DNA of 64,000 nucleotides from a virus (taxonomy: Duplodnaviria > Heunggongvirae > Uroviricota > Caudoviricetes), in IMG/VR virus record IMGVR_UViG_3300025602_000002, positions 38,718-102,717 of that record, one strand, 5' to 3'. A program made the translations under genes and the position numbers. This document shows, piece after piece, positions 25,429 through 35,765 of the stretch. Each line of letters opens with the position of its first letter. Within the stretch, counting starts at the first letter, position 1. The notes beneath the pieces were generated by a model. It was not told the DNA's origin. It ran no database searches and saw nothing but the letters and a program-made list of their open reading frames with translations.

Positions 25429-26226
25429 GTGGCAACTTATAGTGAAATATTAAAACGTGATAATGTAATTATGGACGGAGTGTTAGTAGCACTCTATAAT
25501 TCTGATGGTAGTATTAGAATTGACGTAGATACCACAGACGAGTTTGGTAGATTTTCATTTACCAGCCTTGCAACCGGATATTACCAACTACAATTTTTTG
25601 GTAAAAATTATGATAGTGATGATATTAAATATATATCTATTATAGAGGATTTACCTACAGGTGAAAACTTCGATCCTAAAATTCGTCAAGAACGTTTAGT
25701 TGCTATGTTTAATAGTATCTCTTGAACTAGTAGAGCTATTATTGAGGCTTGTGTAAATGAAAATTTAGCTAAATCTGGAAATACTATGAGTCTAAGAGAC
25801 GACATTATACAACCTCCAGCCTCGCCAAGCCCTTTAACTGCTTACGTTTATCAAACTAATTCAATAGATTTAGAGTTACCGGATAAATCAGATAAAGCTA
25901 CTTTAATTGCTGATTATACTTTACAAGGAAGTTCTAATTTAAAAATAGAAACTACTTTGTCAGGGATTGTTGACGCACACTGATTTACATGATTAGACAC
26001 TACTAATACAACTCCTATAGGTTCTGGGGAATATTGGCCAGCCGGTTTTTATGATCTTCGAGACGTAGAGGTTACTACTAGTGGAATTACTACTAGTGGC
26101 ATAACTATTTCAGGCATAACTTTAGGAAACAGCGGTGCTGTTAAAATAACATTAACTACAGACTCATCATCAGTTGGTGGGTATTTAACCAGTTTAGGAT
26201 TTTTTACGAATTCTGTAACTGTATAA
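25429..26226 (+). CDS. Protein with carboxypeptidase-regulatory-like (SpaA/CnaB) domain, 265 aa, 3 in-frame TGA
   Basis: GVLVALYN...TTDEFGRFSFTSLATGYYQL pattern; open to TAA 26224. Confidence 0.6.
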
Positions 26227-26235
26227 TTAAAAAAA

Positions 26236-29200
26236 ATGCCAGTCCCAAAATTAAATAGTAACGGTTATTGAGCCAAGACAATTTTACCTACTGAAGGTAA
26301 CGCTGGAGTCCAAGGAATCCAAGGCCCTCAGGGGGCTCAAGGACCTCAAGGCCCTATCGGTCCTGTAGGTGTTCAAGGTTCTCAGGGGATTCAAGGATTT
26401 ACAGGGCCTTCAGGTATTTCTGGCCAAGAAGGTAACCAAGGAAACCAAGGAGACCCCGGATTAAGTGGTCTTTCTGGAGCATCGGGGCCAGATGGAAATA
26501 CTGGGTCTCAAGGAGATCCAGGAATAAGTGGGGTTCCAGGGCTTACTGGTCCAGACGGTAATGAGGGCGCTCAAGGAGAGGCCGGAGTAGGGGGTATTAC
26601 AGGGCTTACCGGTCCAGACGGAAATACTGGGTCTCAAGGGGATCCGGGAGTAAGCGGTATTACAGGGCCTGACGGGCCTGACGGCAATGAAGGTGCTCAA
26701 GGTACCGTAGGAGTTTCAGGTTTTACCGGACTTTCAGGACTAGATGGTAATGTAGGCGCTCAAGGTACTGTAGGTGCTTCAGGTTTTACCGGACTTTCTG
26801 GGCCAGACGGGGTTGTAGGCTCGCAAGGGGCCGTAGGTCCTTCAGGATTTACAGGAGCTGTTGGTCCAGATGGGGACCAAGGTGCTCAGGGAACTTTAGG
26901 AGATACGGGAATTACTGGAGTTTCTGGTCCAGATGGATATACCGGGCCACAAGGCCCGGACGGAGAAGGGGGGCCCCCCGGATTATCAGGAGCCCTAGGA
27001 CCTTACAGTTTTTCTTACTCGTTAGCACAAGACGACTTTTATTGAGTTATGTATGGGGTCAATTACAATGGTACAGGTGCAGAATATATAGCAGAGAATC
27101 CTACACTTATTTCCGGATTAGGTGATAATAATGCTATGTTTATGCTATTTAATCCCTCCACTTCTTCACATTATTTGATGTGGCAATTACAGACAGGCAT
27201 TAACATAGATGTACAATTTGATGTAGACCCTCCAACTACTTATTCTGGAACAGGGTCTGTTATATTTGCTTCAGGATTTAGTCAATGGGGAAGCGCTGTA
27301 TACGTAACAGCTAGCGGTGTGGTTGACCCAGATGAGTGGCGACACTACGCTTGAACTCTAGCCGCTTATGCAGATTTAGATACTACTAAAACCTTAACTA
27401 TTAGAGCTGGTGGCCCAAAAGGTGACCCAGGGGACCAAGGCCCTCAAGGCCCTCAAGGTGAGGAAGGAACCCCAGGAGTGCAGGGGCCTACAGGTTTCTC
27501 TGGGATTCCAGGAGTCCAAGGATTATCAGGTGTTTCTGGCGTTCAAGGACCTACCGGAATTTCAGGAGTTAGCGGTGTTCAAGGATTATCAGGTGTTTCT
27601 GGTGTTCAAGGACCTACCGGAATTTCAGGAGTTAGCGGTGCTCAAGGAATTTCAGGACCTTCTGGGGCTCAAGGGCCTTCAGGAATTTCAGGTCCAAAAG
27701 GTCTTCAAGGGATAGATGGAATTTCAGGACTTCAAGGTCCTTCTGGACTCTCAGGAGCTAAAGGTCTTCAAGGTGTAGACGGTGATCAAGGAATTCAGGG
27801 CCCTACTGGTTTTTCTGGAGTGCAGGGGTACCAGGGGTTACAAGGATTTCCTGGACAACAAGGATTTTCTGGACTTACAGGAGCTAAAGGGGTTCAAGGG
27901 GTAGACGGAGACCAAGGTGTCCAAGGACCTACTGGTTTTTCTGGACCAGACGGCCTTCAAGGTATAGATGGAGTTTCGGGACCTCAAGGGCCTTCAGGAA
28001 TTTCAGGACCAGATGGAGCTCAAGGATTCTCAGGGCCTTCTGGATCTCAAGGGCCTTCAGGAATTTCAGGTCAAAGCGGTTCTCAAGGATTACAAGGGCC
28101 TTTTGGATCAACAGGACTTCCCGGACCGACAGGGGCTTCAGGTATAAGTGGGGCTCAAGGGCTTTCTGGTCCCTCAGGAATTTCAGGACTTCCTGGGCCA
28201 ACAGGGCCTTCAGGTATAAGCGGGGCTCAAGGGCTTTCTGGGCCTGTAGGATTTTCAGGCCCTCAAGGTGCAAGCGGTGTTGTAGGATTTAGTGGTCCAG
28301 ACGGAGTTTTAGGATTACCAGGAAGTGATAATTTAGTAACTAATTATGATTTTGAACATGCAGGTACTAATTTACCTGATGATGGTGGTATAATTTATGG
28401 CTGGATACAAAGTGCTACCTATTCTGTAGGAACTATAATGTCCTCTTTAGTTGACTTAGAGACTGGGCAGAGGAATACTACTGAGTCGAAGTCAGGGGAA
28501 ATTTGTTTAACATTAAGTGATGGTCTTGGCCCAATTGATGGTTCCAACGTAATGACCCATCCAAATCATTTAATGCCTATATCTGATGATGAAAATTATT
28601 TTATATCTTTTTATCATAAAAAAACTAATTCTGAAAGTGCGGTGTCTGCTACACTTACTATAACTGAATGGGATATTGATAAAAAATATATTGGTGAATT
28701 AGTAACTACAGAAACTTATAGTAGTTCTACTTCCTGAGCTAAAGGTTTAGCTATTATTGGTACCCATGTTGACACTTTAGGTACCATTAATACTTCAACA
28801 AGATTTATAGGTATTACTCTAGCTAACGCTACAAGTTCAGAATCACCTGTATATGTAGAAGATATAAGGGTTAGTAGAGAACTTTGAGCTGATTCAATTG
28901 CAATAGGAAAAATTAGTTCTTTAGATGGATCTACTTATTTTGATCTGGATAATAACGAAATAGGATTAGTGAGTGGATTAAATACCGTAAAACTAAATGC
29001 CACGGATGGGCTGGTAGCAGAACATAATGGTATTAGACAATTTGACGCTGGGGTTAAAACTGGAAGAGGATACTTTAAAGGTGGCCATTTAACAGGTAGA
29101 ATTGCCAGTATCCCTGAACATAACTATTCTTTTAATTTAGGAAACAACACATTTGCTGGAATAGAGGACATAACTATTACAATCCCAGCTAATTATACCT

Positions 29201-30141
29201 TTGATGCTATATCTATGGTTTTTCTTAAAACAGACTTATTTATCTGTGGAGGATATACAGATGTACTGGGATTATCGTCTGTTCCTCGTATGTATAAAAT
29301 AAATGTACATACTAAAACAGTTACTTCTCAAGATATTACAGTTCCTGGAGCTTCCACTACAGATTATCCAGCACTATACTCAATTACTACAGACGGCTCT
29401 CTGCTTTATACGGCTATTATCGATGACGAAACCGAAGAAAGCTATTTGTTTAGCGTAGACCCGGACGACATGTCAACACATACACACATTCATACGCTAG
29501 CAGTTGCCGCTTCTATGTTAATATGTGATGGTAGTAATATTTGATCGTGTAATGATGGTGCAGCTACTTGAGACACTAATGCTCTTGAGAAATATAGCAT
29601 AGCAGGAGATTCCTCTGCTACTATTGCTGGATTTGATGGGGTAATGTGAACAGATCGTATATTATATGATGGTACTTATATTTGAACAGCGGAACAAGGT
29701 ACTTGAAATGGACTTCGTAAAATGGCAAAATATAATATTGACGGAGCGTCCTGAGATACCTCTCTTCCTGCGTGAGGAATAAAACCGATTTTTTATGATG
29801 GTATAGATGTCTGATGTTTTTATGGAGCATCACAATCAGCTAACCCTACATTAGCGCGTTTTAAGCAATCTGGAGATGTTCCATTTCAATGGCAATCATT
29901 GCTTGTATCTACGCAGGTAACTGGCGGGATATTTGCCGGAAGAAAAGCCTATTTAACATTAGCGTCTAGTGCTAGTTTAACCATATTTAATACAGAAACA
30001 GCGGTAGAGGAGGGCAGTATTCCCGTAGGAAGTGCTTACGCTGGAATCAGAAACGCTGTGTGAGATGGTGCAAATATCTGATTCCCTTCAACTAGTGGTG
30101 GTTCTGGAGAAAATTTAATTATTAGAAAAATACCAACTTAA
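26236..30141 (+). CDS. Collagen-like tail fibre with C-terminal beta-propeller-like repeats, 1301 aa, 15 in-frame TGA
   Basis: Two Gly-X-Y tracts; CBM-like NLVTNYDFE segment; C-terminal repeats CDGSNIW, YDGTYIW, YDGIDVW, WDGANIW with W encoded by TGA. Confidence 0.8.
26293..28320 (+). repeat. Gly-X-Y collagen repeats (about 26293-27003 and 27410-28320), including a 63-nt tandem duplication at 27517-27642
   Basis: GGN every third codon; unit QGLSGVSGVQGPTGISGVSGV/A occurs twice with 2 nt differences. Confidence 0.9.
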
Positions 30142-30143
30142 TC

Positions 30144-31022
30144 ATGATAGCATATTTAGATTTAACAAAACTTAACACATTCCAAGCCGTTAGTGCTAAT
30201 GCTACTATTAGTGGAACTATTAGCGGTATTAACTATCTATCTGGACTTCCGTTCAGAGATCAATTATTAAATACTACTGTAACTCTTGATAATTTTATAA
30301 GTGATATACAAACTAAAGTAGATACTATTAGAGACGCATTAGAGCTTATAGATCCTTATGTAGTTACTACGGTTAGTGGAATCGGTCTTGTAAACACCTT
30401 AACTTCCAGTGGATACTATGATATAGACCCGCAAGTTAGAGCTGTTATACTAGTTAATAATATAGCAGAATCGGGTATATATGTAGCCGCTGATTATTAT
30501 AGAGATCAAAGCCAATTAGTAGCTAGACATCAAGTACATAACGATTTAATTAGTGATTTACATTCTTCTTTTGATCTTACTGGCGGAACTATTACTCCTA
30601 AAAAAAGTATGAGCTCTGCAGCTATATCTTATAAAGGATTATTAGATCATTATTCAACCCACGCATACTGGCCGTCAGATGCCGCAGCATATTACATACC
30701 ACTTGCTGGAACTTTAAATGAACAAGCTGCGGTTGATTATTCTACTAAAATGATAGCTCCGTGAGATGGCAAACTACTTGTGGCCCAAGTATATCCTGAC
30801 GCCACTGGCGGTACTACGGATATTGACATATATATAAACGGAGCTATTCCTGGAGGAGGGGGCTGAACTAACAAGCAAACTCTCACAGCAAAGACTCTTA
30901 CCAACTTTAATTTTTCTGCAGAATTTTCAAAAGGTGATATTATTTCTATTAAAGTAGATCCAGCTACCGCGCCGGCGGCTGTAACTATAACTTTGAAGTG
31001 ATTATATGATACTACTTCATAA
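30144..31022 (+). CDS. Hypothetical tail-associated protein, 292 aa, 3 in-frame TGA
   Basis: Open from ATG 30144 to TAA 31020 when TGA=Trp. Confidence 0.6.
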
Positions 31023-31051
31023 TATTAGTTGATATTTACCTTAATAATTGT

Positions 31052-31060
31052 TATATTTAA
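31052..31060 (+). promoter_or_regulatory. Candidate phage late promoter TATATTTAA
   Basis: TTGTTATATTTAA in the intergenic gap before the lysis/portal block. Confidence 0.5.
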
Positions 31061-31097
31061 TAAAGAAAGATTATACAAACCAATAAAATAAAGTATT

Positions 31098-31289
31098 ATG
31101 GATTTAAAAGATAAAAGAGAGAAGTTAATTGAGGAAAATTTAAAACGAGAACATCTTGTTGATAATTTAAATGAGCAAATAACTAATATACAAACTCAAA
31201 TTGTTTTAGAAAAAGAGGCTCACGACTATACTAGAGGTCAAATAGAGTTATTGGATAAATTACTTAAGGAAAGTACGGAGGATAAATAA
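31098..31289 (+). CDS. Small coiled-coil protein
   Basis: 63 aa, heptad-like, coupled to the holin. Confidence 0.6.
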   Translation: MDLKDKREKLIEENLKREHLVDNLNEQITNIQTQIVLEKEAHDYTRGQIELLDKLLKESTEDK

Positions 31290-31696
31290 TGTCTGTTTTA
31301 AGCAAAGCTTTAGGATCTGTTTTAGGCAAGTCAGGGGTTGGCGAAATTTTAGGCAAGGGTGCTGATATTGTAGGAGAATACATATTAAGTGCTGATGAAA
31401 AAGCTGATATGCAAAAGTGGTTGGATGCTGGTCAAATGAAAATTAATTTGGCTGAAGCTTCTCATAAATCTATATTTGTAGCAGGTTGGCGCCCATTCAT
31501 AGGCTGGGTGTGTGTCTTTGGCTTAGGGTATCAATATGTATTTGCTCCTATTTTGGGAGCTATACTTGCACTGTTCGGCTCTGTAGCTATTTTACCTGTA
31601 TTAGATATGGCAGTATTATTTCCTTTAGTAACTAGTTTACTAGGTATTGGTGGAATGAGAAGCTGGGAAAAATGGAAAGGAGTTAACACTAAATAA
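31289..31696 (+). CDS. Holin (3TM, GTA-type)
   Basis: FVAGWRPFIGWVC...LLGIGGMRSWEKWKG signature; hydrophobic helices; near the amidase. Confidence 0.85.
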   Translation: MSVLSKALGSVLGKSGVGEILGKGADIVGEYILSADEKADMQKWLDAGQMKINLAEASHKSIFVAGWRPFIGWVCVFGLGYQYVFAPILGAILALFGSVAILPVLDMAVLFPLVTSLLGIGGMRSWEKWKGVNTK

Positions 31697-31926
31697 TGAG
31701 TACTCTTCTCGAAGGGCATATAGACCCAATTGCGGGATCAAATAATTTTTCAATACAAATAAATGATCATATTGCGAAAACTACTTATATTTTAGATGAG
31801 ACTGTAGAAAGTAGAAAAGAGGGGGAGCTTGTAATTAAAAGAGAACTCTCAAAGTTAGCGAAGAAACATGAAGATAAACTATTTCCCAGTTATATACCTA
31901 TGAGTATGAGTTGTAAAAGCTTATAA
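31696..31926 (+). CDS. Hypothetical protein
   Basis: 76-aa ORF with TAATG coupling. Confidence 0.55.
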   Translation: MSTLLEGHIDPIAGSNNFSIQINDHIAKTTYILDETVESRKEGELVIKRELSKLAKKHEDKLFPSYIPMSMSCKSL

Positions 31927-31932
31927 AAGTAT

Positions 31933-32029
31933 GGGTGCGTATTCCCATTTGGTTTATGGGAACGGTCTTCAAAACCGTATGCCGGGGTCCAAGCCGGTTA
32001 TGAGGGTTCGACTCCTTCCGTGCCTGCCA
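31933..32029 (+). tRNA. tRNA with UCA anticodon (opal suppressor / Sec-like), 97 nt
   Basis: Acceptor GGGTGCG/CGTGCCT, long D stem TTCCCAT/ATGGGAA, anticodon arm ACGGT-CTTCAAA-ACCGT (TCA at 31969-31971), 23-nt variable arm, T arm GAGGG-TTCGACT-CCTTC, G73, encoded CCA. Confidence 0.9.
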
Positions 32030-32063
32030 ATTTTAAATTAAATTAAACCAAAATAAAAAAAAC

Positions 32064-32636
32064 ATGTGGAATATTTGCAATATATTTACTAAATTCAAAA
32101 AAGAGGAAGAAATTCCATTAGAAATAAAAGATATGACTAGTGTCCTGCCCTGGCATGAAACTAGGGTATGGGCTAATAGAGCTTTTAATAGGATTAATAA
32201 AATAATTATACATCAAGCGTTAGTGTCTGGTGCTACAGCAGAGTCTGTTAATAACTATCATATTACTCCAGGAGAAAATAATCATATTTCACCTAATGGG
32301 GCCCCTCACATTTGTTATCATTATGTTATAGAGAAAGACGGCTCAGTGTTGCTTTGTAATAACTTAAGTAGTATTGTTTGGCACTGTAAAGGCCAAAATA
32401 CTTCTTCTATAGGTATTCTAGTTATGGGAGATTTTAACGGTGTAGATCATTCAGGAATGGACTCTCACCCTACTAAAGAGCAATTGCATAGTTTAAAACA
32501 ACTATTAAATACTCTTTTAAAAAATGAAAAACTAGACTTAGATGAAACAGAAATTTATGGACATGATTCTTTTGGCAAGCCAGCTTGCCCTGGATATATC
32601 CTAATCAACTTTATAAAAAACTTTATTTTTTCTTAG
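32064..32636 (+). CDS. Endolysin, N-acetylmuramoyl-L-alanine amidase (Amidase_2)
   Basis: IIIHQA, ICYHYVIEKDG, WHCKGQNTSSIGI, YGH...KPACPG. Confidence 0.9.
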   Translation: MWNICNIFTKFKKEEEIPLEIKDMTSVLPWHETRVWANRAFNRINKIIIHQALVSGATAESVNNYHITPGENNHISPNGAPHICYHYVIEKDGSVLLCNNLSSIVWHCKGQNTSSIGILVMGDFNGVDHSGMDSHPTKEQLHSLKQLLNTLLKNEKLDLDETEIYGHDSFGKPACPGYILINFIKNFIFS

Positions 32637-32648
32637 GAGACACTAAAA

Positions 32649-33719
32649 ATGAAAAAATTAATGAGCAGAAGCTTAGACGTAACAGATTTTATTCTTAACG
32701 AAGACTTACAAAAATTAGCTGAAGTAGTAGAGGAATTATCTGACTCTGTTAAGACAGCTCATGTACAATCACTTGAAGAACTTGGAGCGTTATCCGAATC
32801 CAATGTAGCTTTAATTTTGTGGCATCCCAGTCATGGGAAATTGCAAAAATTTGCTACTACTACCCCAGAACTTGTAGAAATTAATATGGCTTTCTTAGAT
32901 GAGGAGAAAAACTCGTTACCAGAAGAAGTCGTAAAAATTGCAGCTACTAACTTGACATGTGCCGCTTTTAATTATGGTATACAAGTTCCTGAGGGTTTAA
33001 AAAATTATCATTCTGATAAATTTGTTCCAAACACTTTAGATATTCGTACTATTAATGAAAAAGCTTTTGTAGAAAAAACTAGCGAAGTAGTTGAATCAAT
33101 TGAAAAGTATGCGTGGGCTGAAGAAAAAAAATATCCCTTACATACCGAGTTAGCTGTAAAAAAAGCAGCATCTTATTTTGATACACATCATCAAAAAATG
33201 GACACAGTTAAGAAAATAGAATTTATAAATAATACTATGGAAGCTGCCCAAGATATAGATATTGAACTTAGTGGTACTGCTATTCAAAAATATTCAGAAT
33301 TACGAGATGAATTTAATGAGGACTTTTTTAATTTAATACAAGTTAGGAAAGGATTTATTGGCGAATCTGACACAGCTAGCCACTCATTATATGATGATTT
33401 AATAAAACAAGCTGATGACCTTGGAGCCATTAAGACTGCCGAAGCTTTATATAAGATTGATGAGAAGGTAGGATTACTAGGAAGGTATGGGCATGGAGTA
33501 GAAGACCCGATGGTTACTACTATGGCCTTTACTAAGGAAGCCTCCAGAGTAATAGACGGAGTGACAGTTACGAGAGAAAAATTAGCTAATGTCCCAGATA
33601 TGGATTTAGCTGCTGTTGTTGGTAATGGGGTTGTTTCCGAATTACGAGGTGAAGAAGCTTTAGATATTTTAGAATCATTACCTACCCCTATTAAAAAAGA
33701 CGTAATCAATTTATTATAA
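32649..33719 (+). CDS. Hypothetical acidic protein (possibly head-associated)
   Basis: 356-aa ORF with AGGAG RBS; many K-x-A motifs. Confidence 0.7.
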   Translation: MKKLMSRSLDVTDFILNEDLQKLAEVVEELSDSVKTAHVQSLEELGALSESNVALILWHPSHGKLQKFATTTPELVEINMAFLDEEKNSLPEEVVKIAATNLTCAAFNYGIQVPEGLKNYHSDKFVPNTLDIRTINEKAFVEKTSEVVESIEKYAWAEEKKYPLHTELAVKKAASYFDTHHQKMDTVKKIEFINNTMEAAQDIDIELSGTAIQKYSELRDEFNEDFFNLIQVRKGFIGESDTASHSLYDDLIKQADDLGAIKTAEALYKIDEKVGLLGRYGHGVEDPMVTTMAFTKEASRVIDGVTVTREKLANVPDMDLAAVVGNGVVSELRGEEALDILESLPTPIKKDVINLL

Positions 33720-34027
33720 TGGAAATAATTATTTTAGCCGGAGCCGTATTCATACATGCGGCCGTTTCTCTATATCAAGCTTTTGTTATTAAAAATAAAA
33801 AAATTAATATTAAGAATGATAAATATATACAATATGGTTTAACAGACGAAGGGCCTATACGGGGAAAGCTTAAATCAAAACCAGCAGAGTATATACCTGC
33901 TGAACAATTTGAAGTACCTATAGAAGAGGTTGATGGTAAAATTATGTTTGATTATGAAGTAGGGGCTTCAAACTTAGCAAAAAGTATAGATGATGAAATA
34001 ATTAATAATGCAGGGAGCTTAAACTAA
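33719..34027 (+). CDS. Small protein with N-terminal TM helix
   Basis: MEIIILAGAVFIHAAVSLYQAFV; coupled upstream of the actin-like gene. Confidence 0.65.
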   Translation: MEIIILAGAVFIHAAVSLYQAFVIKNKKINIKNDKYIQYGLTDEGPIRGKLKSKPAEYIPAEQFEVPIEEVDGKIMFDYEVGASNLAKSIDDEIINNAGSLN

Positions 34028-35007
34028 TGAAAGGATTGGATTGTGGAACTGGTAATTTTGTAGCTGTAGATGAAAACGGTATGCGTTTACAACGTAATGC
34101 TTTTTTAACTATTGATAAAACTACTACTACTACTAGACAGCTAAATTTATTAAAAGTACCATACGTTGAAATTAATAATAGATTGCATATTATAGGTAAG
34201 AAAGCGTACGAATATGCCCAAGTTTTTGGTAATAAAGAATTAAGTAGGCCTATGTCTCAAGGGTTATTAAACCCTACAGAACAGGATGCTTTTCCAGTAT
34301 TAAGGGAAATTATATTAGGGTTAGTAGGGAAAGCAGAAAAAGAAAAAGAACGCATAGTATATTGTGTTCCTGGAAAACCTATAGATAAAGTCCAAGAAGT
34401 TAACTATCATGAAGATGTTTTAAAACAAATAATTGATTCTTTAGGATATGAAGCTAGAGCTATAAATGAAGCAATAGCTTTAGGATTAGCTGGATTACAA
34501 ACTGCGGGGTTAACTGGTATTTCTATTTCGATGGGGGCTGGTATGTGTAATTTAGCTATTATGTATGCGGGGATGTCTACCTTAGAGTTTAGCGTAGCTA
34601 AATCGGGAGATTGGATCGATGAAAATGTAGCAAGAGATTGTGGCATTTCCTCAGCTAAAGCTCAGTATATTAAAGAAGCTGGAGACTACACTATAGCCCC
34701 TACTTCCGACGTAGAGCGCACTAGAGAGCAACAAGCTGTAAAAACTTATTATGAAGCTATGGTACGGTACTTACTATCTAATATAGCAAATCAATTTGCA
34801 TCTACAAGTATGCCTAATTTCCCAGACGCAGTTCCCATAATTATTGGTGGAGGGTCTTCAATGGTTAATGGGTTTATCGATGTATTTAAGGACCAATTTC
34901 AACAAAAACAATTTCCACTAGAGATTAGTGAGATAAAATTAGTAGACGAACCACTTACTGCTGTAGCACGAGGATGCTACGTAGAAGCTCAGTTAGAGGA
35001 GAATTAA
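34027..35007 (+). CDS. Actin-like ATPase, Salactin/volactin-like
   Basis: GLDCGTGN (phosphate 1), INEA (connect 1), ISMGAGMCN (phosphate 2), SGDWIDE...KE, IIIGGGSS (adenosine). Confidence 0.85.
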   Translation: MKGLDCGTGNFVAVDENGMRLQRNAFLTIDKTTTTTRQLNLLKVPYVEINNRLHIIGKKAYEYAQVFGNKELSRPMSQGLLNPTEQDAFPVLREIILGLVGKAEKEKERIVYCVPGKPIDKVQEVNYHEDVLKQIIDSLGYEARAINEAIALGLAGLQTAGLTGISISMGAGMCNLAIMYAGMSTLEFSVAKSGDWIDENVARDCGISSAKAQYIKEAGDYTIAPTSDVERTREQQAVKTYYEAMVRYLLSNIANQFASTSMPNFPDAVPIIIGGGSSMVNGFIDVFKDQFQQKQFPLEISEIKLVDEPLTAVARGCYVEAQLEEN

Positions 35008-35008
35008 A

Positions 35009-35287
35009 ATGGATAAAGCAGAATATGTATTTGAAAAATACGCAGTAATGAAGGTTCCCAATTGGGCAAAACCTTTTGCTAAAAATAAAAATAAAATATT
35101 ACATATTACCAAGCAACCTAAAGATTATAATTTAAAGATTAAGCTTCGAATGTTACAAGGTGGCAGATTAGATTCTTATTTATATAAAAATAAAGCTGCA
35201 TTAAATAACCCAAAGGGTGGTTTATTTAAAGATATAGTAAAACCTAAATGGCGTGAAAGCATCTGGAGAAAACCACTCAAAAAATAA
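35009..35287 (+). CDS. Hypothetical basic protein
   Basis: 92-aa ORF in the operon. Confidence 0.55.
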   Translation: MDKAEYVFEKYAVMKVPNWAKPFAKNKNKILHITKQPKDYNLKIKLRMLQGGRLDSYLYKNKAALNNPKGGLFKDIVKPKWRESIWRKPLKK

Positions 35288-35288
35288 A

Positions 35289-35765
35289 ATGTTAATAGAA
35301 GACTTACTAAAAATACCAGGCGTAATAGAGCCGGAAACTTTACATAAGCTTTTTCCTAAATTAAATAATTTAGAAAGACAGCAAGTGTTAGTAATAAAGC
35401 TTTTAAGGGAAACTAGACAGGCTTACGAAGACATGGATGTCTTTGAGAACGTATGTTTAGTACTTAATGGTATTAACCCGGATGTAGGTAAAACAGAAGG
35501 ATGCCTTCCTGAATTTATTTGGAAGGCTTTGGATATCATACAAAATATGCATCCTAATTTAGAACTTAGTTTTGAAGTGACTCAATATATTAAATTTATG
35601 TTTATAGATAATGGATATACCTTTTTCCACCCATTCGCTAATATAGACGATTCTATGCTTGACGTAGTAAAAGATAAAGCAGGCAGCGGGCCTTTTCCTC
35701 TTGAAGAGGATAGGTTGGGTATACAGGCTGCAAAATATTTAAAAATCATGGAGTACATTAAATAA
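35289..35765 (+). CDS. Hypothetical protein
   Basis: ATG 35289 preferred over track start 35253; coupled to the portal. Confidence 0.65.
   Translation: MLIEDLLKIPGVIEPETLHKLFPKLNNLERQQVLVIKLLRETRQAYEDMDVFENVCLVLNGINPDVGKTEGCLPEFIWKALDIIQNMHPNLELSFEVTQYIKFMFIDNGYTFFHPFANIDDSMLDVVKDKAGSGPFPLEEDRLGIQAAKYLKIMEYIK

Noticed and set aside
26461-28273. Track ORFs 26461..26700(-), 27410..27715(+) and 27929..28273(-)
   Set aside because: Alternate-frame or antisense shadows of the collagen repeats.
26293-28320. Repeats as a CRISPR array or DGR template/variable repeat
   Set aside because: Codon-phased Gly-X-Y coding repeats; no constant repeat-spacer pattern and no adenine-specific mismatches.
6198-31022. 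Fragmented ORFs as pseudogenes or sequencing errors
   Set aside because: Every interruption is an in-frame TGA, never TAA/TAG or a frameshift; fragments rejoin in frame and end with coupled stops.
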